From positions 192,001-256,000 of the forward strand of contig CAVRUC010000002.1 of the NCBI GenBank assembly GCA_963724295.1: a DNA stretch of 64,000 nt, read 5' to 3'. Below are positions 47,844 to 58,897 of the stretch, in pieces. Source of the DNA: an uncultured Chloroflexia bacterium (GTDB lineage: Bacteria; Chloroflexota; Chloroflexia; Thermomicrobiales; UBA6265). The stretch's first letter is position 1. Every line of letters starts with the position of its first letter. Below the pieces are notes generated by a model. It searched no databases. It was not told the origin of the DNA and saw nothing but the letters and a program-made list of their open reading frames with translations. The position numbers and the translations under genes were made by a program.

Positions 47844-48483
47844 TTACGAAGCGATGCGCTGCTCGCGCACGAGCACGTCTTCGCCGGTTTCGACCTCGAT
47901 ACCCGGACCGGCCAGCTCACGAGCGACCATGCGCCGCTTCTCGATCGCGTCGCGTGGCACCAGCGGGCGTCCCGCCTCATCGGGGATCATCGCGATCGCG
48001 CCGTCGGTCGTCCAACCGGCGACGATCGCCGGGGCAACCTCGAGTCGATCCGCGGCGTCCGCGATGCTCATCAGCCCGTCGTCACCGTAGGTAACGCGCG
48101 CGGCGCGGGCGATCATCTTGCCGATGGCCGAACGCCAGAACCAGCCGGGAATGACCATCCCCTCGGCTGCGAGCGGACGGAGCAGCAGATCTGTGACGCG
48201 TCCGACCGTCTCCTGCACGTGGTCGCGGCTGACGTCGCCATATCCGGCCACGGCCAGCAGCCGCAGATCCTGCCCGAGCGGGCTTTGCCGCAGCTCGGCG
48301 AGACTCGGCGAAAACGAGCGCTTTCCAATCGCCGCGCCGACGGCGCGATGATGGTCAGCAACGAGCCGGAGAACGCTATCGATAACGTCCTCATCGTCCC
48401 AGGACTCGTCGAGTTCCGCGAACGCCCGGGGCCTCGTCCACGGAGATAACCTGGGTGGTAAAGATTGTCGCGAACTCGCGCAT
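47844..48483 (-). CDS. Hypothetical protein with C-terminal HTH_17/MerR-like domain; apparent frameshift near 48430
   Basis: GAGGAG RBS + ATG 48483 (MREFATIF..) is out of frame with the body ending LMSIADAADRLEV...WTTDGAI. Confidence 0.6.
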
Positions 48484-48767
48484 GTCAAACTCCTCGACCG
48501 GTGTACGTGCACCCGGGGCAGAAGGCGGGTTTCTTCCCGTTAGCAAGTCCTGTGCCTGATGGTCACAAGTCTCATCCAATTGTACGTACAGTGTCAACAT
48601 TCGGTTTCACTACAGGCACTGGATAGAGGGTTCACACGGGGAAAGAATAAAGGAGTTTTTGCCGCGAAAGTCAAAACAGCGTTATTGAACGAGGTCCGCA
48701 CCCCATCAGATCGTGTTTTCCAAGATCGCAAATTGATTGCGCCGCTTCAGAATGTTCTACGAGAGCG

Positions 48768-48999
48768 GGGCGCTGCGCTGAGGGGGAGCCGGCTTCGCCT
48801 CAGGGGGAGCCGGCGGTTTCACCGCCTTAGGGGGTGGCGTCCGCTGCGCGGACTCAGGGGGTGAAGGGTCACGAAACGGAACACCGTCGGTCTTCTTCCC
48901 CCCTGAGCCGGAAGGCGACTCCCCCTGAGGGAGCGCAGCGACCGGCTCCCCCTGAAGCCGCGCAAGCGGCTGCCACCCCCTGAGCCGCAGCGACTCCCC
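48768..48999. repeat. REP-like cluster of CTCAGGGGG / CCCCCTGAG units in inverted arrangement
   Basis: About 5 forward and 5 reverse units with short hairpin spacers, immediately after the argS stop. Confidence 0.85.
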
Positions 49000-51289
49000 C
49001 TACATCTCGTCCGGTGCCGCAATCCCCAGCAGCGCCAGACCGTTAGCCAGCGTGCGACGCGTGGCCGCGGTTAACGCCAGGCGAGCGGTCCGCGTCGGCT
49101 CCGGAGAGGTCAGTACCGGGCAAGCGTGATAGAAGTCGTTGAAACGCTTCGCCAGGTCATAGACGTACGAGGCGATCAGGAGCGGGCGGTACTCCGCGGC
49201 GGCGCGCTGAATTTCTTCGGGCAACGACGCGATCCCCTGCAGCAGCCCGAGCTCCTCCGCCTGCAGTTCCCCGAAATCGAGCCCTTCCAGCCGGGCCAGA
49301 AGCGTCTCCTCCGTTTCCCCGGCATGCTCCAGGATGCGGCAGGCCCGCGCATGCGCGTACTGGATGTAGGGCGCCGAGTGGCCGTCGAAGGAGAGCGCCT
49401 CCTCCAGATCGAACAGGACGACCTTGCTGTTGTCGCGCGCCAGCATCGCGTACTTCAGCGAGCCGAGCGCCACCTCCCAGGCCACCTGGTCTTTTCGTTC
49501 AGGCGCAAGTTCCCAATTCTTCTCCTCGATCGTCTCGCGCGCCCGCGCTAGCACAGCGTCGCGCACATCGTCGTAGATGGGAACGTTCCCCTTGCGGGAG
49601 GAGATGACTCCTTCGGGCAAGACGACCATCTCATATCCGAGATGGAAGGCCTGGCGTGCCTGCTCGAAGCCCCATAGCTCGAGGATCTTGAATATCTGCT
49701 GGAAATAAAGCGACTGGCGGGTGTCGACCACCCAGATGGCGCGGTCCACCCCGTACTCTTCGAATTTTCGCCTGGTGAGTGCCAGATCCTTGGTGGAGTA
49801 AAGCGAGCTGCCGTCGGAGCGCAGCACCGGCATGGTGCGATAGGTCGGCTCCGTCAGCCCGAGCTTGTCGTCGATCTTGACCACGGGCAGACCCTCGGAG
49901 ATTTCCGCAATGCCGCGCTCCAGAAGATCCTCCACCATCCGCTTGCCTTCGTCCTCGACCTCGCTTTCGAAGAACCAGACGTCAAACGTCGCGCCCAGCT
50001 CGGCAAAGATGCGGCGGAAATCGGCCATGCTCCAGTCCCGCGTGGTCTGCCACAGCGCGACGAACTCCGGCTCCTGAGATTCCCAGCGAGCGAACGTCTC
50101 TCGTACTTCATCGCGCCAGCCAGGAGCCGCCGCCCACCACTCATCCATGTGCTCGGCGAGTGATTCCCACCGCGCCAGCCGCTTTTCGGGGGTCATGGTC
50201 GGTTCCGGTTCCCCCTCGACGGGAACATACGGCCTTGGCGCCTCGACTTCGGACCGAAGCTGATCGCCGACGATCGGCCAGAACTGGGGGATGACGTCGT
50301 CCTGGCGCAGCAGCTCGTCCTTGATGGGCTGCGCGTGGACGATGCGCCCCAGCAGGTACGCGATATCCTCACCGTCGGCGTTTTTGCGCCAGAGGTACTT
50401 CAGCATGCGGTCGATCGTGTCGACGAACTGCTGATCTTCCCGCGCCAGCAGTTGCAGAAAATCGAGCACGTCCTTGCGGAAGTTCAGCCGCGCGTCCGAC
50501 TCGGCGTAGACCTCCCCCAACCAGCGGCCGCGGTCTTCCAGGCTGGCTGGCTCTTCGCCACGATGGAACCGCTCGTAGCACCAGAGGCATTTCACCACGT
50601 GCATGCCGATATCGCCGATGTAGTTGGCGTCCTTCACGTCGTACCCGGCGGCGCGCAGGATATTGCTGACCGCGACGCCGAGCACCGAGTTCCGCAGGTG
50701 GCCGACGTGGAAGGCCTTGTGCGTATTCGGTTGGGAGTGCTCGACCATCACGGTCTCGGCGATTGGCGCCCCCTGCCCGTACTCCGGTCCGCGCTTCAGC
50801 ACCTCGCCGATGAGCGCGGCGGCGACGGCATTGCTGTTGAAGGCGATGTTCACGTAGCCATTGACGGCCTCGACCGAGGCGAACAGGGGATTGTCGGTGG
50901 CGGCAACTCGTGCCGCGATCTGCTCGGCCAGCACCGGAACCCGCTCGCGCACAGCGCCGGCGGCGAGCGCTTTTGCTTCCTTCTTGGAGAGCCCCGCCAG
51001 TTGCCCGCTCGCCTCCAGCTCCCTGGTGACGGCCTCGTTGGCCAAGCCGTAGGCCGCGGACGTCGCCAGCCCCCAGGTTCCTTCGAACGGAAGCGGCCGC
51101 AGGTCGACCGAGCGTGGAGCAAACCCAAGATCGGCCAGCGCCGCCGCGATCGCCTCCCCGGCCTCCCGCTCGCCGCGCGCGATGACCCCGCCCCGGCCGT
51201 TGGCGGGAGCGGAGCTGGCTGCCGCGGAGGATGAGACATCGGCGGCAGGCGCTGAATTGGCGATCGGCGGCCCGTGGGGAGTCGGTCAT
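49000..51289 (-). CDS. argS: Arginine--tRNA ligase; apparent 1-nt frameshift near 51275
   Basis: VEHSQPNTHKAFHVGHLRN (HIGH), LRSDGSSLYSTKDLA, ISSRKG, PYIQYAHAR, FNDFY, GLALLGI; body frame is open to ~51285 but ATG 51289/51293 are out of frame. Confidence 0.95.
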
Positions 51290-51463
51290 TCATACCCTCT
51301 GCCCGGCGCGAAGCCGGTCTGTCTGTTTTGGAAACTTGCGAGCACAAACATTGCGGTGACGGGAATCACCGGCGTCGATAGTACCCGCGTATGCTAATGA
51401 TAGGAACTGGCGCGGATTTCCGGCCAATGCGACCTGACCCTGGTCGCATGGTTCCAGCGCGAA

Positions 51464-52600
51464 TTAGCACATTTCCCTGACGGCATCCGAGAGATCGCGG
51501 CGAGCGATTGCACCCGCCTCGTCACGTCGCAACCCATTACTGAGAAAGGCCATCGACAGCCCGAGGTCCGTATCCCCCCAGCAGATGGAGGAGCCGAACC
51601 CACCGTGCCAGAACGTGCTGACCGTGCTCGTCGCGCCGGGCCAGTGCCGACGTGGATCAGCAAGCCCTCCGAGCTCGAACCCGAGACCACGCCGGACCGG
51701 CACGTCAAAGGTCGCGTCGATCTCGCCATCGACCTCGACGGCGAGCATGCGCGAGACGGTCTCCGCCCGCAGGATGCGCACCCCATCGAGCGCGCCACCG
51801 GCCGCCAGCACGGCGTAGAAGCGGGCCATGTCGCGCGCGGTCGAGACGCCGCTGGCACCCGGCACCACCATCCGGTGAAGCGCGATCCGGCTCATGTGTC
51901 GCAATCCGTCCAGACCCCAATCATCGGTGCCATCCGTCGCATGCAGCTTCGTGACCCGGTGCTCGAGCGGGGTAGGGAGACCGACGAACGTGTCCGTCAG
52001 GTTCAACGGCCCGGTGATCTCCTCGCGCAGATAGTGCGGGTACGACCGGCCGTCCAGGCGGCGCAGCAGCTCGGCGCAGACCCAGTGCTGCGTCAGAAAG
52101 TGGTAGCCGCTGACAGTACCCGGCTCATGCTCGATTGGCATGGCTGCCACCACTTCTAACACCGCCTCCCGCTCCCCCCATCTATCTGGCGTCAATTCCG
52201 CCGGGGTCGTCGGGAAGCCGCCGCGGTGGGAAAGGACGTGACGGACCAGCACACGGTCTTTTCCGTTTTGACCGAACGCCGGCCAATAGGTGGCCACCGG
52301 CTCGTCGAGCTCCAGGTGGCCGCGTTCGACCTGCTGCCACAGTGCGACCGAAGCAAAGGGTTTGGTTCCCGAGAAGAGCGGGAAGAGCGTTTCCGCATCG
52401 ACCAGTTCGCCACGCTGCGTGTCGGCGTAGCCTCCGACGAGATCCAGAACCAGTTGCTCCCGGTGATAGACGGCCAGGGTCGCTCCTGGATAGAGCCGCA
52501 ACGGGCTGAGTTGTGCCCGGAAGTGCCGCTCAACTTCGCACAGCACTCCTGGATCGGTGCTGTCGTTCAGCGCAGAGTTCGTACTCGCCACGGCGACCAT
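51464..52600 (-). CDS. Serine hydrolase, beta-lactamase/class C esterase family
   Basis: FSGTK (SxxK), VLSHRGG, PGTVSGYH, FWHGGFG. Confidence 0.92.
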   Translation of the reverse strand: MVAVASTNSALNDSTDPGVLCEVERHFRAQLSPLRLYPGATLAVYHREQLVLDLVGGYADTQRGELVDAETLFPLFSGTKPFASVALWQQVERGHLELDEPVATYWPAFGQNGKDRVLVRHVLSHRGGFPTTPAELTPDRWGEREAVLEVVAAMPIEHEPGTVSGYHFLTQHWVCAELLRRLDGRSYPHYLREEITGPLNLTDTFVGLPTPLEHRVTKLHATDGTDDWGLDGLRHMSRIALHRMVVPGASGVSTARDMARFYAVLAAGGALDGVRILRAETVSRMLAVEVDGEIDATFDVPVRRGLGFELGGLADPRRHWPGATSTVSTFWHGGFGSSICWGDTDLGLSMAFLSNGLRRDEAGAIARRDLSDAVREMC

Positions 52601-52612
52601 TGCCGGCTCCTC

Positions 52613-54190
52613 TCAGACGAGAACAGGGTCCACACAGGCGGCCCGCTCCCGCTCGACCAGGACACGGCGCAGAATCTTGCCGGAGGCCGATTTCGGGATC
52701 TGGTCGATGAACTCCAGGCGACGCACCTTCTTGTAGGAAGCGACCTGCCTCGCGACGTAGGTCATCAACTCGTCTGGCGTTGCCGCTTGGCGGAGGACGA
52801 CGAACGCCTTGGGAACCTCGCCAGCGCCCTCGTCCGGGCTGGGGATGACGGCGGCGTCGGCCACTGCCGGGTGGGAGAGCAGGACCGCTTCCAGCTCGGC
52901 GGGGGCGACCTGGAATCCCTTGTACTTGATCAGCTCCTTGAGGCGGTCGACGACGAAGAAATTGCCGCCAGCGTCAGCGCAGGCCAAATCCCCTGTATGT
53001 AACCAGCCGTCGTCGTCGAGCATGGCGGCGGTCGCCTCCGGCCGATTGAGATAACCCCGCATCACCTGTGGGCCGCGGATCCACAGCTCGCCGCGTTCAT
53101 CGCCCCCAACCTCGGTCCCGCTTTCCGGGTCGACGATCCTGGCCTCCGTGTTCGGCAGCAGTTGTCCCACCGCTCCAGGGACCACTCGTTCCGGATCGGC
53201 CGGACTCAAGTGCGTCACAGGGCTGGCTTCTGTCAGCCCGTAGCCCTGCTTGACCTGGCATCCGATGCGCTCCCGGCACGCCCGCTCCACCTCCGCGCTG
53301 AGCGGTGCTCCTCCGGACACGACGATACGCAGCCGCGAGAGGTCGTAGTCGGCAACGATCGACTCCTTGGCGAGGGCCAGGATGATTGGCGGGGCGAGCG
53401 GGGCAAACGTTACGGCAGACGATTCCAGGGTCTGCAAGAACGATGCGAGCTCGTACCGGGGCGGGATGACCAGGGTGGCGCCAACGGCGAGGCCGATATT
53501 CAGCAGCACGGTCATGCCGTAGATGTGAAAGAAGGGGATGACGGCGATGATCGTGTCAGTCTCAGAGACCAGGCAGCATGCAGCCACCTGAGCGACATTG
53601 GCGACCAGGTTGCGGTGAGTCAGCATGACGCCCTTGGGCAGTCCCGTTGTTCCGCTGGAATACGGGAGCGCCACAAGTTCATTCGCCGGATCGATCGCAA
53701 TGGTGGGTGGAACGCCATTGCTATGGATCGACGCGAACGAAGCGGCTCCGGCGTCGTCATCAACGACGAGTACCTCCGACACTCCAGCCCGTCCAGCCGC
53801 GTTGCTCGCCTTGTGCAGTAGCTCAGATGTCGTCAGCAGCGACTTCGCGCCGGCATCGGTGAGCTGGCGCGCGAGCTCGTCGGCCGTGTAGGCCGGGTTG
53901 ATGGTGGTGACGATGCCGCCGCAGGTGGCCACGGCGTGGAACGCCACTGCGTACTCCAGGCAGTTCGGGGCGTAGATCGCGAACACGTCACCCTTGCCGA
54001 AGCCGCGTTCCGCCAGGCCGGCCGCGGTCCGGGCAATCGCCTCCGCCAACTGCTTGTAGGTCAGGGCGCGGCCGGTGGCGGCGTCGATAAGGGCGGGCTT
54101 GTCGGCCAGCCGGTCGGCGTGGCGCAGCACGAACGGGGTGAGCGCGCTGTCTGGGATGGCGATGTCGGGATGGGGACTGCGAACGATCAT
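52613..54190 (-). CDS. 4-coumarate--CoA ligase-like acyl-CoA synthetase
   Basis: LPYSSGTTGLPKGVMLTH, QGYGLTE, GELWIRG, GWLHTGD, VDRLKELIKYKGFQVAPAELE, SGKILRR; GAGGAGG RBS at ATG 54190. Confidence 0.95.
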   Translation of the reverse strand: MIVRSPHPDIAIPDSALTPFVLRHADRLADKPALIDAATGRALTYKQLAEAIARTAAGLAERGFGKGDVFAIYAPNCLEYAVAFHAVATCGGIVTTINPAYTADELARQLTDAGAKSLLTTSELLHKASNAAGRAGVSEVLVVDDDAGAASFASIHSNGVPPTIAIDPANELVALPYSSGTTGLPKGVMLTHRNLVANVAQVAACCLVSETDTIIAVIPFFHIYGMTVLLNIGLAVGATLVIPPRYELASFLQTLESSAVTFAPLAPPIILALAKESIVADYDLSRLRIVVSGGAPLSAEVERACRERIGCQVKQGYGLTEASPVTHLSPADPERVVPGAVGQLLPNTEARIVDPESGTEVGGDERGELWIRGPQVMRGYLNRPEATAAMLDDDGWLHTGDLACADAGGNFFVVDRLKELIKYKGFQVAPAELEAVLLSHPAVADAAVIPSPDEGAGEVPKAFVVLRQAATPDELMTYVARQVASYKKVRRLEFIDQIPKSASGKILRRVLVERERAACVDPVLV

Positions 54191-54372
54191 GACGGTCCTC
54201 CTCGACCTGGGATAGTGACTGCCGTCGCCCTGGCATGCGACCCGTCGCGATTGACCGGTCTGGGCGCAGTCTGCGCCTGTGTGGAGGACTCCCACATCGT
54301 ACGGGTGTCGGATTTCTGTCCGACCGTGTTGGCCGCGCGACGAGCTACGACCTGGCGTAGACCGAACGCGGG

Positions 54373-56889
54373 TTACGTAGACGCCATCTGATCCGCGGCG
54401 AGCAATCCCTGGCGCTGGGCCGCGGTAACCGCTTCCACCCGGTTGCCGACGCCGAGCTTGGCGAAGAGGTTGGTGACATGGGTGGTTACCGTGCGCCGGC
54501 TGATGAAGAGAGCCTCGGCAATCTCGGGGTTGGACCACCCGGCGGCGAGGAGCCTCAGCACTTCGTACTCGCGCGATGTCAGCGTGTGACGGTCCTTCGC
54601 TCGCGGCTCGTCCCGGGATGGCATGTCGCGCGGCACGCGAAGAGCTTCGGTGACGGCATCCGATAGCGTCAGCGCCCTCCCGGCGTCCCAGGCTACGGCA
54701 AAAGCCGCCTCGTCCAGGGCGGCGTGGGCCATTTGCCGCGCTTCCTCGACGCTGGAAGAGCGCGTCTCGACGGCGCCAATCGCCTCGCGTAGCGCCTCGG
54801 CCGCGGCAAAGAGACGCACGGCGCGTTGGTCCTGCCGCGATAGCGCGGCGGTCTGCGCCAACCCACGCAGGCAACTTGCGACGCTGATCTTGTCGCCATC
54901 GGTCCAGCGAAGCGAAAGGGCCTCGGCGTAAATCGCCGCGGCCCTCTCCAGTTCACCCCGGCGCAGAGCGAGGCGGCCGAGGTTGATGAGCGTGACCGCG
55001 GCGCCGAAGGTGTTGCCCATGGCGCGAAACTGAGCGAGCGCCTCGCTGAGGCGGTCGTCCGCGAGGTCGAGGTTGCCTTGCAGGTAATCCACGAACCCGA
55101 GATTCTTGAACAGGTAGGGGGTCCAGGTTGCGCGGTCCAGGGTTTTCTCGATTGCCATCGCCGCGGCAAACGCGTCGCGCGCCGCATCGAGCTCGCCCGT
55201 GCGCAAGGCGATCAACCCCAGGGCGGTCAGAGCCTGGGCTTCGGACCCCGGATTCTCGTGGATGCGCAATAGTGAGAGGGCGTCGGCAACCATTCGCTTC
55301 GCTCGGCCCGCGTCGCCGTGCTCGTTCGCGAGCCAACCTGTGGCGACCAGGGCGGAGATCAGGACTTCCGGTGGCGTGGGGCCAAGCGCCACGGCGCGCT
55401 CGCCCCAGGTCATCCCCTCGCCCGCTTTTCCGGTTACGTACCAATACCAGCACGTCGTGTAGGCAAGTCGCTGCGCCTGATTGGCCTCACCTCGGTCGAT
55501 GAGCCAGCTCAGTGCGGCGCGGAGATTGTCGAGCTCCGCGTCCAGCCAGGCCAACCCGCGCCGCGTGGCCCAACCGTAGACCTCCGGCCAGACCCGATCG
55601 GCATAGTCAGTCAGCCACGCGGCGTGCCGGCGGGCGGTGGCATCCACCTCCCCGGCGCGTGCCAGCTCCTCGGCCGCGAACTCGCGGATCGTCTGCAACA
55701 TGATGAAGCGCGACGATCCAGCCCGATTCACCTCGCGCAGCAAGTTCTTCTCGACGAGCGACGTGATCCCGTCGAGAACGGGCGGTGTGTCGCTGCGCTC
55801 AGGAGATGGCAACCACTGCGGGGCTTCAGGGAGCTCCGGTGCGGTATCGGTGGGTGCGGGAGCACGGGCCGGAGGCCGGAGGTTCGAGGATGGAAGCGCC
55901 CTCGACTCTCCCTTGCCTCCTTCACTCCCTGAGCTCAGGGACACCCCCTGCGTGACAGCTTCCGCGGCCTCGAGGGTGAAGCCTCCGGCGAAGACCGAGA
56001 GCCGCCGAAAGAGCGCTTGTTCGTCGAGCGGAAGGAGGTCATAGCTCCAGGCGATTGCCGCACGGAGTGTCTGCTGTCGCTCGGGCAGATCACGGGCGCC
56101 GTGTACCAACAGCGACAAACGGCTGTCGAGCCGGGCCAGCATCCGGTCCGGATTCAGCACGTTGGCGCGTGAGGCGGCCAGCTCGATGGCGAGTGGCAGT
56201 CCGTCGAGGCGATCGCAGATCTCCGCGACCGCTCGAGCGTTCTCGGCGGTCACCGCAAAATCAGCGCGCACCGTCCGGGCCTGGCGGATGAACAGGGCGA
56301 CAGAAGCATTAGCGATGAGGGCATCCGGCGATGAGCACTCGGCAAGATCGGGAACGGGCAGTGGCACGACGGCGAGCTCGTGTTCGCCGCGCACCCGCAG
56401 CAGCTCGCGACTGGTGATCAGCGTCTTCAGCCGCGGGCAGGCGATAGCGAGCTCGGCCACGGCCGGGGCTGCGGTGATGACCTGCTCCATGTTGTCGAGC
56501 AGCAGGAGCATTTCCCTATCCTGTAGCGCACGGCCGAGGCGCTGGGGCAGCGACGGGCCGTCTGGATCCTGAAGCTCGAGGATTCGGGCGATCTCTTGCA
56601 GTACACGATCCGGCTCCTGTACCGCCTCCAGCGGGACCAACACCACGTCGTGACCCGCGGCGGTCCGATGCGCGGCACCGGCCTCGAGGGCGAGGCGGGT
56701 CTTGCCCACGCCGCCGGGGCCGGTGAGGGTAAGCAGCCGTACGTCGTCCCGGCGCAGGAGGCCGAGAATCGCTGCAATCTCCGACTCGCGGCCAATGAGC
56801 GGCGTGAGCGGAACAGGGAGCGGAGGAATCGGATCCTGGGACTGGATGGCAGCCACGATGGACGTGTCCCTGAATTTATGGTGAATCAA
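54373..56889 (-). CDS. STAND NTPase + TPR + C-terminal LuxR HTH regulator
   Basis: [27 protein letters not shown], TPRs, [35 protein letters not shown]. Confidence 0.93.
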   Translation of the reverse strand: MIHHKFRDTSIVAAIQSQDPIPPLPVPLTPLIGRESEIAAILGLLRRDDVRLLTLTGPGGVGKTRLALEAGAAHRTAAGHDVVLVPLEAVQEPDRVLQEIARILELQDPDGPSLPQRLGRALQDREMLLLLDNMEQVITAAPAVAELAIACPRLKTLITSRELLRVRGEHELAVVPLPVPDLAECSSPDALIANASVALFIRQARTVRADFAVTAENARAVAEICDRLDGLPLAIELAASRANVLNPDRMLARLDSRLSLLVHGARDLPERQQTLRAAIAWSYDLLPLDEQALFRRLSVFAGGFTLEAAEAVTQGVSLSSGSEGGKGESRALPSSNLRPPARAPAPTDTAPELPEAPQWLPSPERSDTPPVLDGITSLVEKNLLREVNRAGSSRFIMLQTIREFAAEELARAGEVDATARRHAAWLTDYADRVWPEVYGWATRRGLAWLDAELDNLRAALSWLIDRGEANQAQRLAYTTCWYWYVTGKAGEGMTWGERAVALGPTPPEVLISALVATGWLANEHGDAGRAKRMVADALSLLRIHENPGSEAQALTALGLIALRTGELDAARDAFAAAMAIEKTLDRATWTPYLFKNLGFVDYLQGNLDLADDRLSEALAQFRAMGNTFGAAVTLINLGRLALRRGELERAAAIYAEALSLRWTDGDKISVASCLRGLAQTAALSRQDQRAVRLFAAAEALREAIGAVETRSSSVEEARQMAHAALDEAAFAVAWDAGRALTLSDAVTEALRVPRDMPSRDEPRAKDRHTLTSREYEVLRLLAAGWSNPEIAEALFISRRTVTTHVTNLFAKLGVGNRVEAVTAAQRQGLLAADQMAST

Positions 56890-56994
56890 GAGTCAATTGC
56901 TGGGAACAGTACATGGCCCCGTGTCGCGGCACAAGTGATGATCTCTCACCCACGCTGCTGATGAGGGGGTGCAGCGGACTCTCGGGATTGACGA

Positions 56995-57390
56995 TTATCC
57001 CATTGGCCTTCGCAACACCATGCCCCCGCACGGCTTCATGCCGAGGCGTTCGTAGAAGGGCACGACGTCGGGATCGCACAGAAGATCGACGTTCGGCAGG
57101 TGACCGAGCCGGTCGAGCATGCGCGTCATCAGCGCCCGGCCGATGCCCCGACCCTGATAAGCGGGCAGCACCTCCAAGAGAGGAATGAAGCTGCTGAGCA
57201 CGCCGTCGGTAAGCGCGGTCACAAATCCAACCACCTGGCCGCTCTTGAGGTCGATCGCGAGCACCACATGATCGCTGCCGGAGAGCAGGCGGAGATGCGT
57301 CTCCGGCGAGGGCGGATGCGGCCAGCCGGCGAAGAAGCCATCAAGGTGTCCAGGCTCGATTCCAGCCAGCGATTCGGTGTAATCGATCAT
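56995..57390 (-). CDS. GNAT family N-acetyltransferase
   Basis: LLEVLPAYQGRGIGRALM, PFYERLG; GAGG RBS. Confidence 0.9.
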   Translation of the reverse strand: MIDYTESLAGIEPGHLDGFFAGWPHPPSPETHLRLLSGSDHVVLAIDLKSGQVVGFVTALTDGVLSSFIPLLEVLPAYQGRGIGRALMTRMLDRLGHLPNVDLLCDPDVVPFYERLGMKPCGGMVLRRPMG

Positions 57391-57514
57391 GCGGACCTCG
57401 CCCGATCTGAACTCAGCCGCGCGGCCTTTAGTGACGTCGACGCGGCCGATGTCGCCAGAGAGGGCGATCTTCCACGAGGCACATTCTTGCTCCAGCGAAA
57501 TCCCCAAGCGGCGC

Positions 57515-57958
57515 CTAGCCGGTGCGCTCGAGCACGATGACCGGGAGTTGGCGCACCGTGTTGCGCTGGTACTCCGCGAAGTTTGGCATCCGGGCCGCCA
57601 TCTGATCGAAGAGACGTTGCCGCTCAGCTCCCGTGGTGATTGTGGCGCGCGCGGGGAATGACTCCGCTCCCACTTCGACCGTGACCTCCGGGTTGGCGCG
57701 AAGGTTGTAGTACCAGTCCGGGTGCGTCGGCGCGCCGCCCTTGGAGGCGATCACGATCCAGCGGCCGTTGTCGGTTGTGTAGACAAGAGGCGTCACTCGT
57801 GGCTGCCCGGACCTGGCGCCGGTCGTGGTCAGGACCAGGAGGGGCGCGCCGGCAAACATCCCGGTGACCTTGCCCCCATTGGCGCGATACTCCTCGATCA
57901 ACTGCCGGTTGAACTCGTTGTAGTCCGTGCTCTTTTCGTCCTGCCCGATCTCAGCCAT
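57515..57958 (-). CDS. Nitroreductase-family deazaflavin (F420H2)-dependent oxidoreductase (Ddn/DUF385)
   Basis: LLVLTTTGARSGQPR.TPL, ASKGGAP.HPDWYYNL.ANP, YQRNT.RQLPV. Confidence 0.93.
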   Translation of the reverse strand: MAEIGQDEKSTDYNEFNRQLIEEYRANGGKVTGMFAGAPLLVLTTTGARSGQPRVTPLVYTTDNGRWIVIASKGGAPTHPDWYYNLRANPEVTVEVGAESFPARATITTGAERQRLFDQMAARMPNFAEYQRNTVRQLPVIVLERTG

Positions 57959-58147
57959 TGTTGCTTCGTATCCTTCTTGTCTTGCCGGCGCTAGCCGCAG
58001 GTCGTGCGTCATCTGTTCCGCCCGCCGGCGTTTCTGGGTGGGGACAGCACCGCTCAAATGAACTACGAAGGTCCGCGGATGTCCAGCAACAGCCACGGCA
58101 AGACGAGTGGGGGGAGTGCACCGCGGTATCGGATCTGCGCCAAATAT

Positions 58148-58561
58148 TCATGTTGGCTCGGGTTGAGGTTGGACGTGTTGGCGCAACCACGCCTCGAATA
58201 CGTCGATCGCCGCGTCTGGTTCGCCGGAACGTTCGGCGAATCGCTCGAACTGTCGGGCAAGGGCAAGCCGGTCGCCGCTATACGTCAGACCATTCATGCG
58301 GAGAAACGTGTTGAGCGTCAGATAGGCAGTCCGCTTATTGCCGTCGAGAAATGCCTGCGCTTGCGAGATGCCAACGCCGAGTAACGCGGCCTGCCGAACA
58401 ATATCCGCACCCTCGTAGTACGCCGCCATTTGCGGTCTCATCACCGCAGACTCAAGGCCCCCTTCGTCGCGCAAAGGCTTTGGCTCGTCTCCGAGGCGTC
58501 GCAGTGCACTCTCGTGGATCGCGATGACGTCCGCGAGACTGAGATATTGCGTTGGATTCAT
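58148..58561 (-). CDS. doc: Doc/Fic family toxin
   Basis: LRDEGGLESAV.RP, QAFLDGNKRTA, FLRMNG. Confidence 0.88.
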   Translation of the reverse strand: MNPTQYLSLADVIAIHESALRRLGDEPKPLRDEGGLESAVMRPQMAAYYEGADIVRQAALLGVGISQAQAFLDGNKRTAYLTLNTFLRMNGLTYSGDRLALARQFERFAERSGEPDAAIDVFEAWLRQHVQPQPEPT

Positions 58562-58564
58562 GGA

Positions 58565-58780
58565 TCAGCGACCGGCGAGGTAACGAAGGGCGTCCTCGTG
58601 CTCGTCTAGCAACTGATCCACGATTTCCTGCAGTTCTGGGCGGAGAACTGGCCGCACTTCGAGTTCAGTGAGCTGCAGCGCCAGAAGCTGTCCCTCGTGC
58701 CAGCCCCGCCGCTCGACCTCTTCTTTCGGTACCGTCACGACGTAGCTATTGCCCACCTTGCGAAGCTGCTGAGTAATCAC
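58565..58780 (-). CDS. AbrB/MazE-type antitoxin
   Basis: LRKVGNSYVVTVPKE; C-terminal HEDALRYLA; directly upstream of doc. Confidence 0.88.
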   Translation of the reverse strand: MITQQLRKVGNSYVVTVPKEEVERRGWHEGQLLALQLTELEVRPVLRPELQEIVDQLLDEHEDALRYLAGR

Positions 58781-58823
58781 CCGACTCTCCGTTCAAAGCG
58801 ACATATTCGATCAGCGCCAATAC

Positions 58824-58856
58824 CTATATGATATATACAATGCAATTAGTATATAC
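58824..58856 (-). promoter_or_regulatory. AT-rich TA promoter/operator with inverted repeat TATATAC-N10-GTATATA
   Basis: Seen directly upstream of the antitoxin gene. Confidence 0.55.
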
Positions 58857-58897
58857 GCCGACTCCATGCAGGTTCTGAGCAAACGGCGCGGATGACG

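Noticed and set aside
48768..48999. Possible CRISPR array
   Set aside because: Units are ~9 bp, spacers are short and self-complementary, orientation flips midway and no cas genes are present; REP-like instead
51260..51295. Programmed frameshift in argS
   Set aside because: No canonical slippery heptamer; other indels at G/C runs favour sequencing error
54191..54874. N-terminal extension of the acyl-CoA ligase ORF
   Set aside because: Overlaps the LuxR-STAND in another frame; strong RBS at ATG 54190
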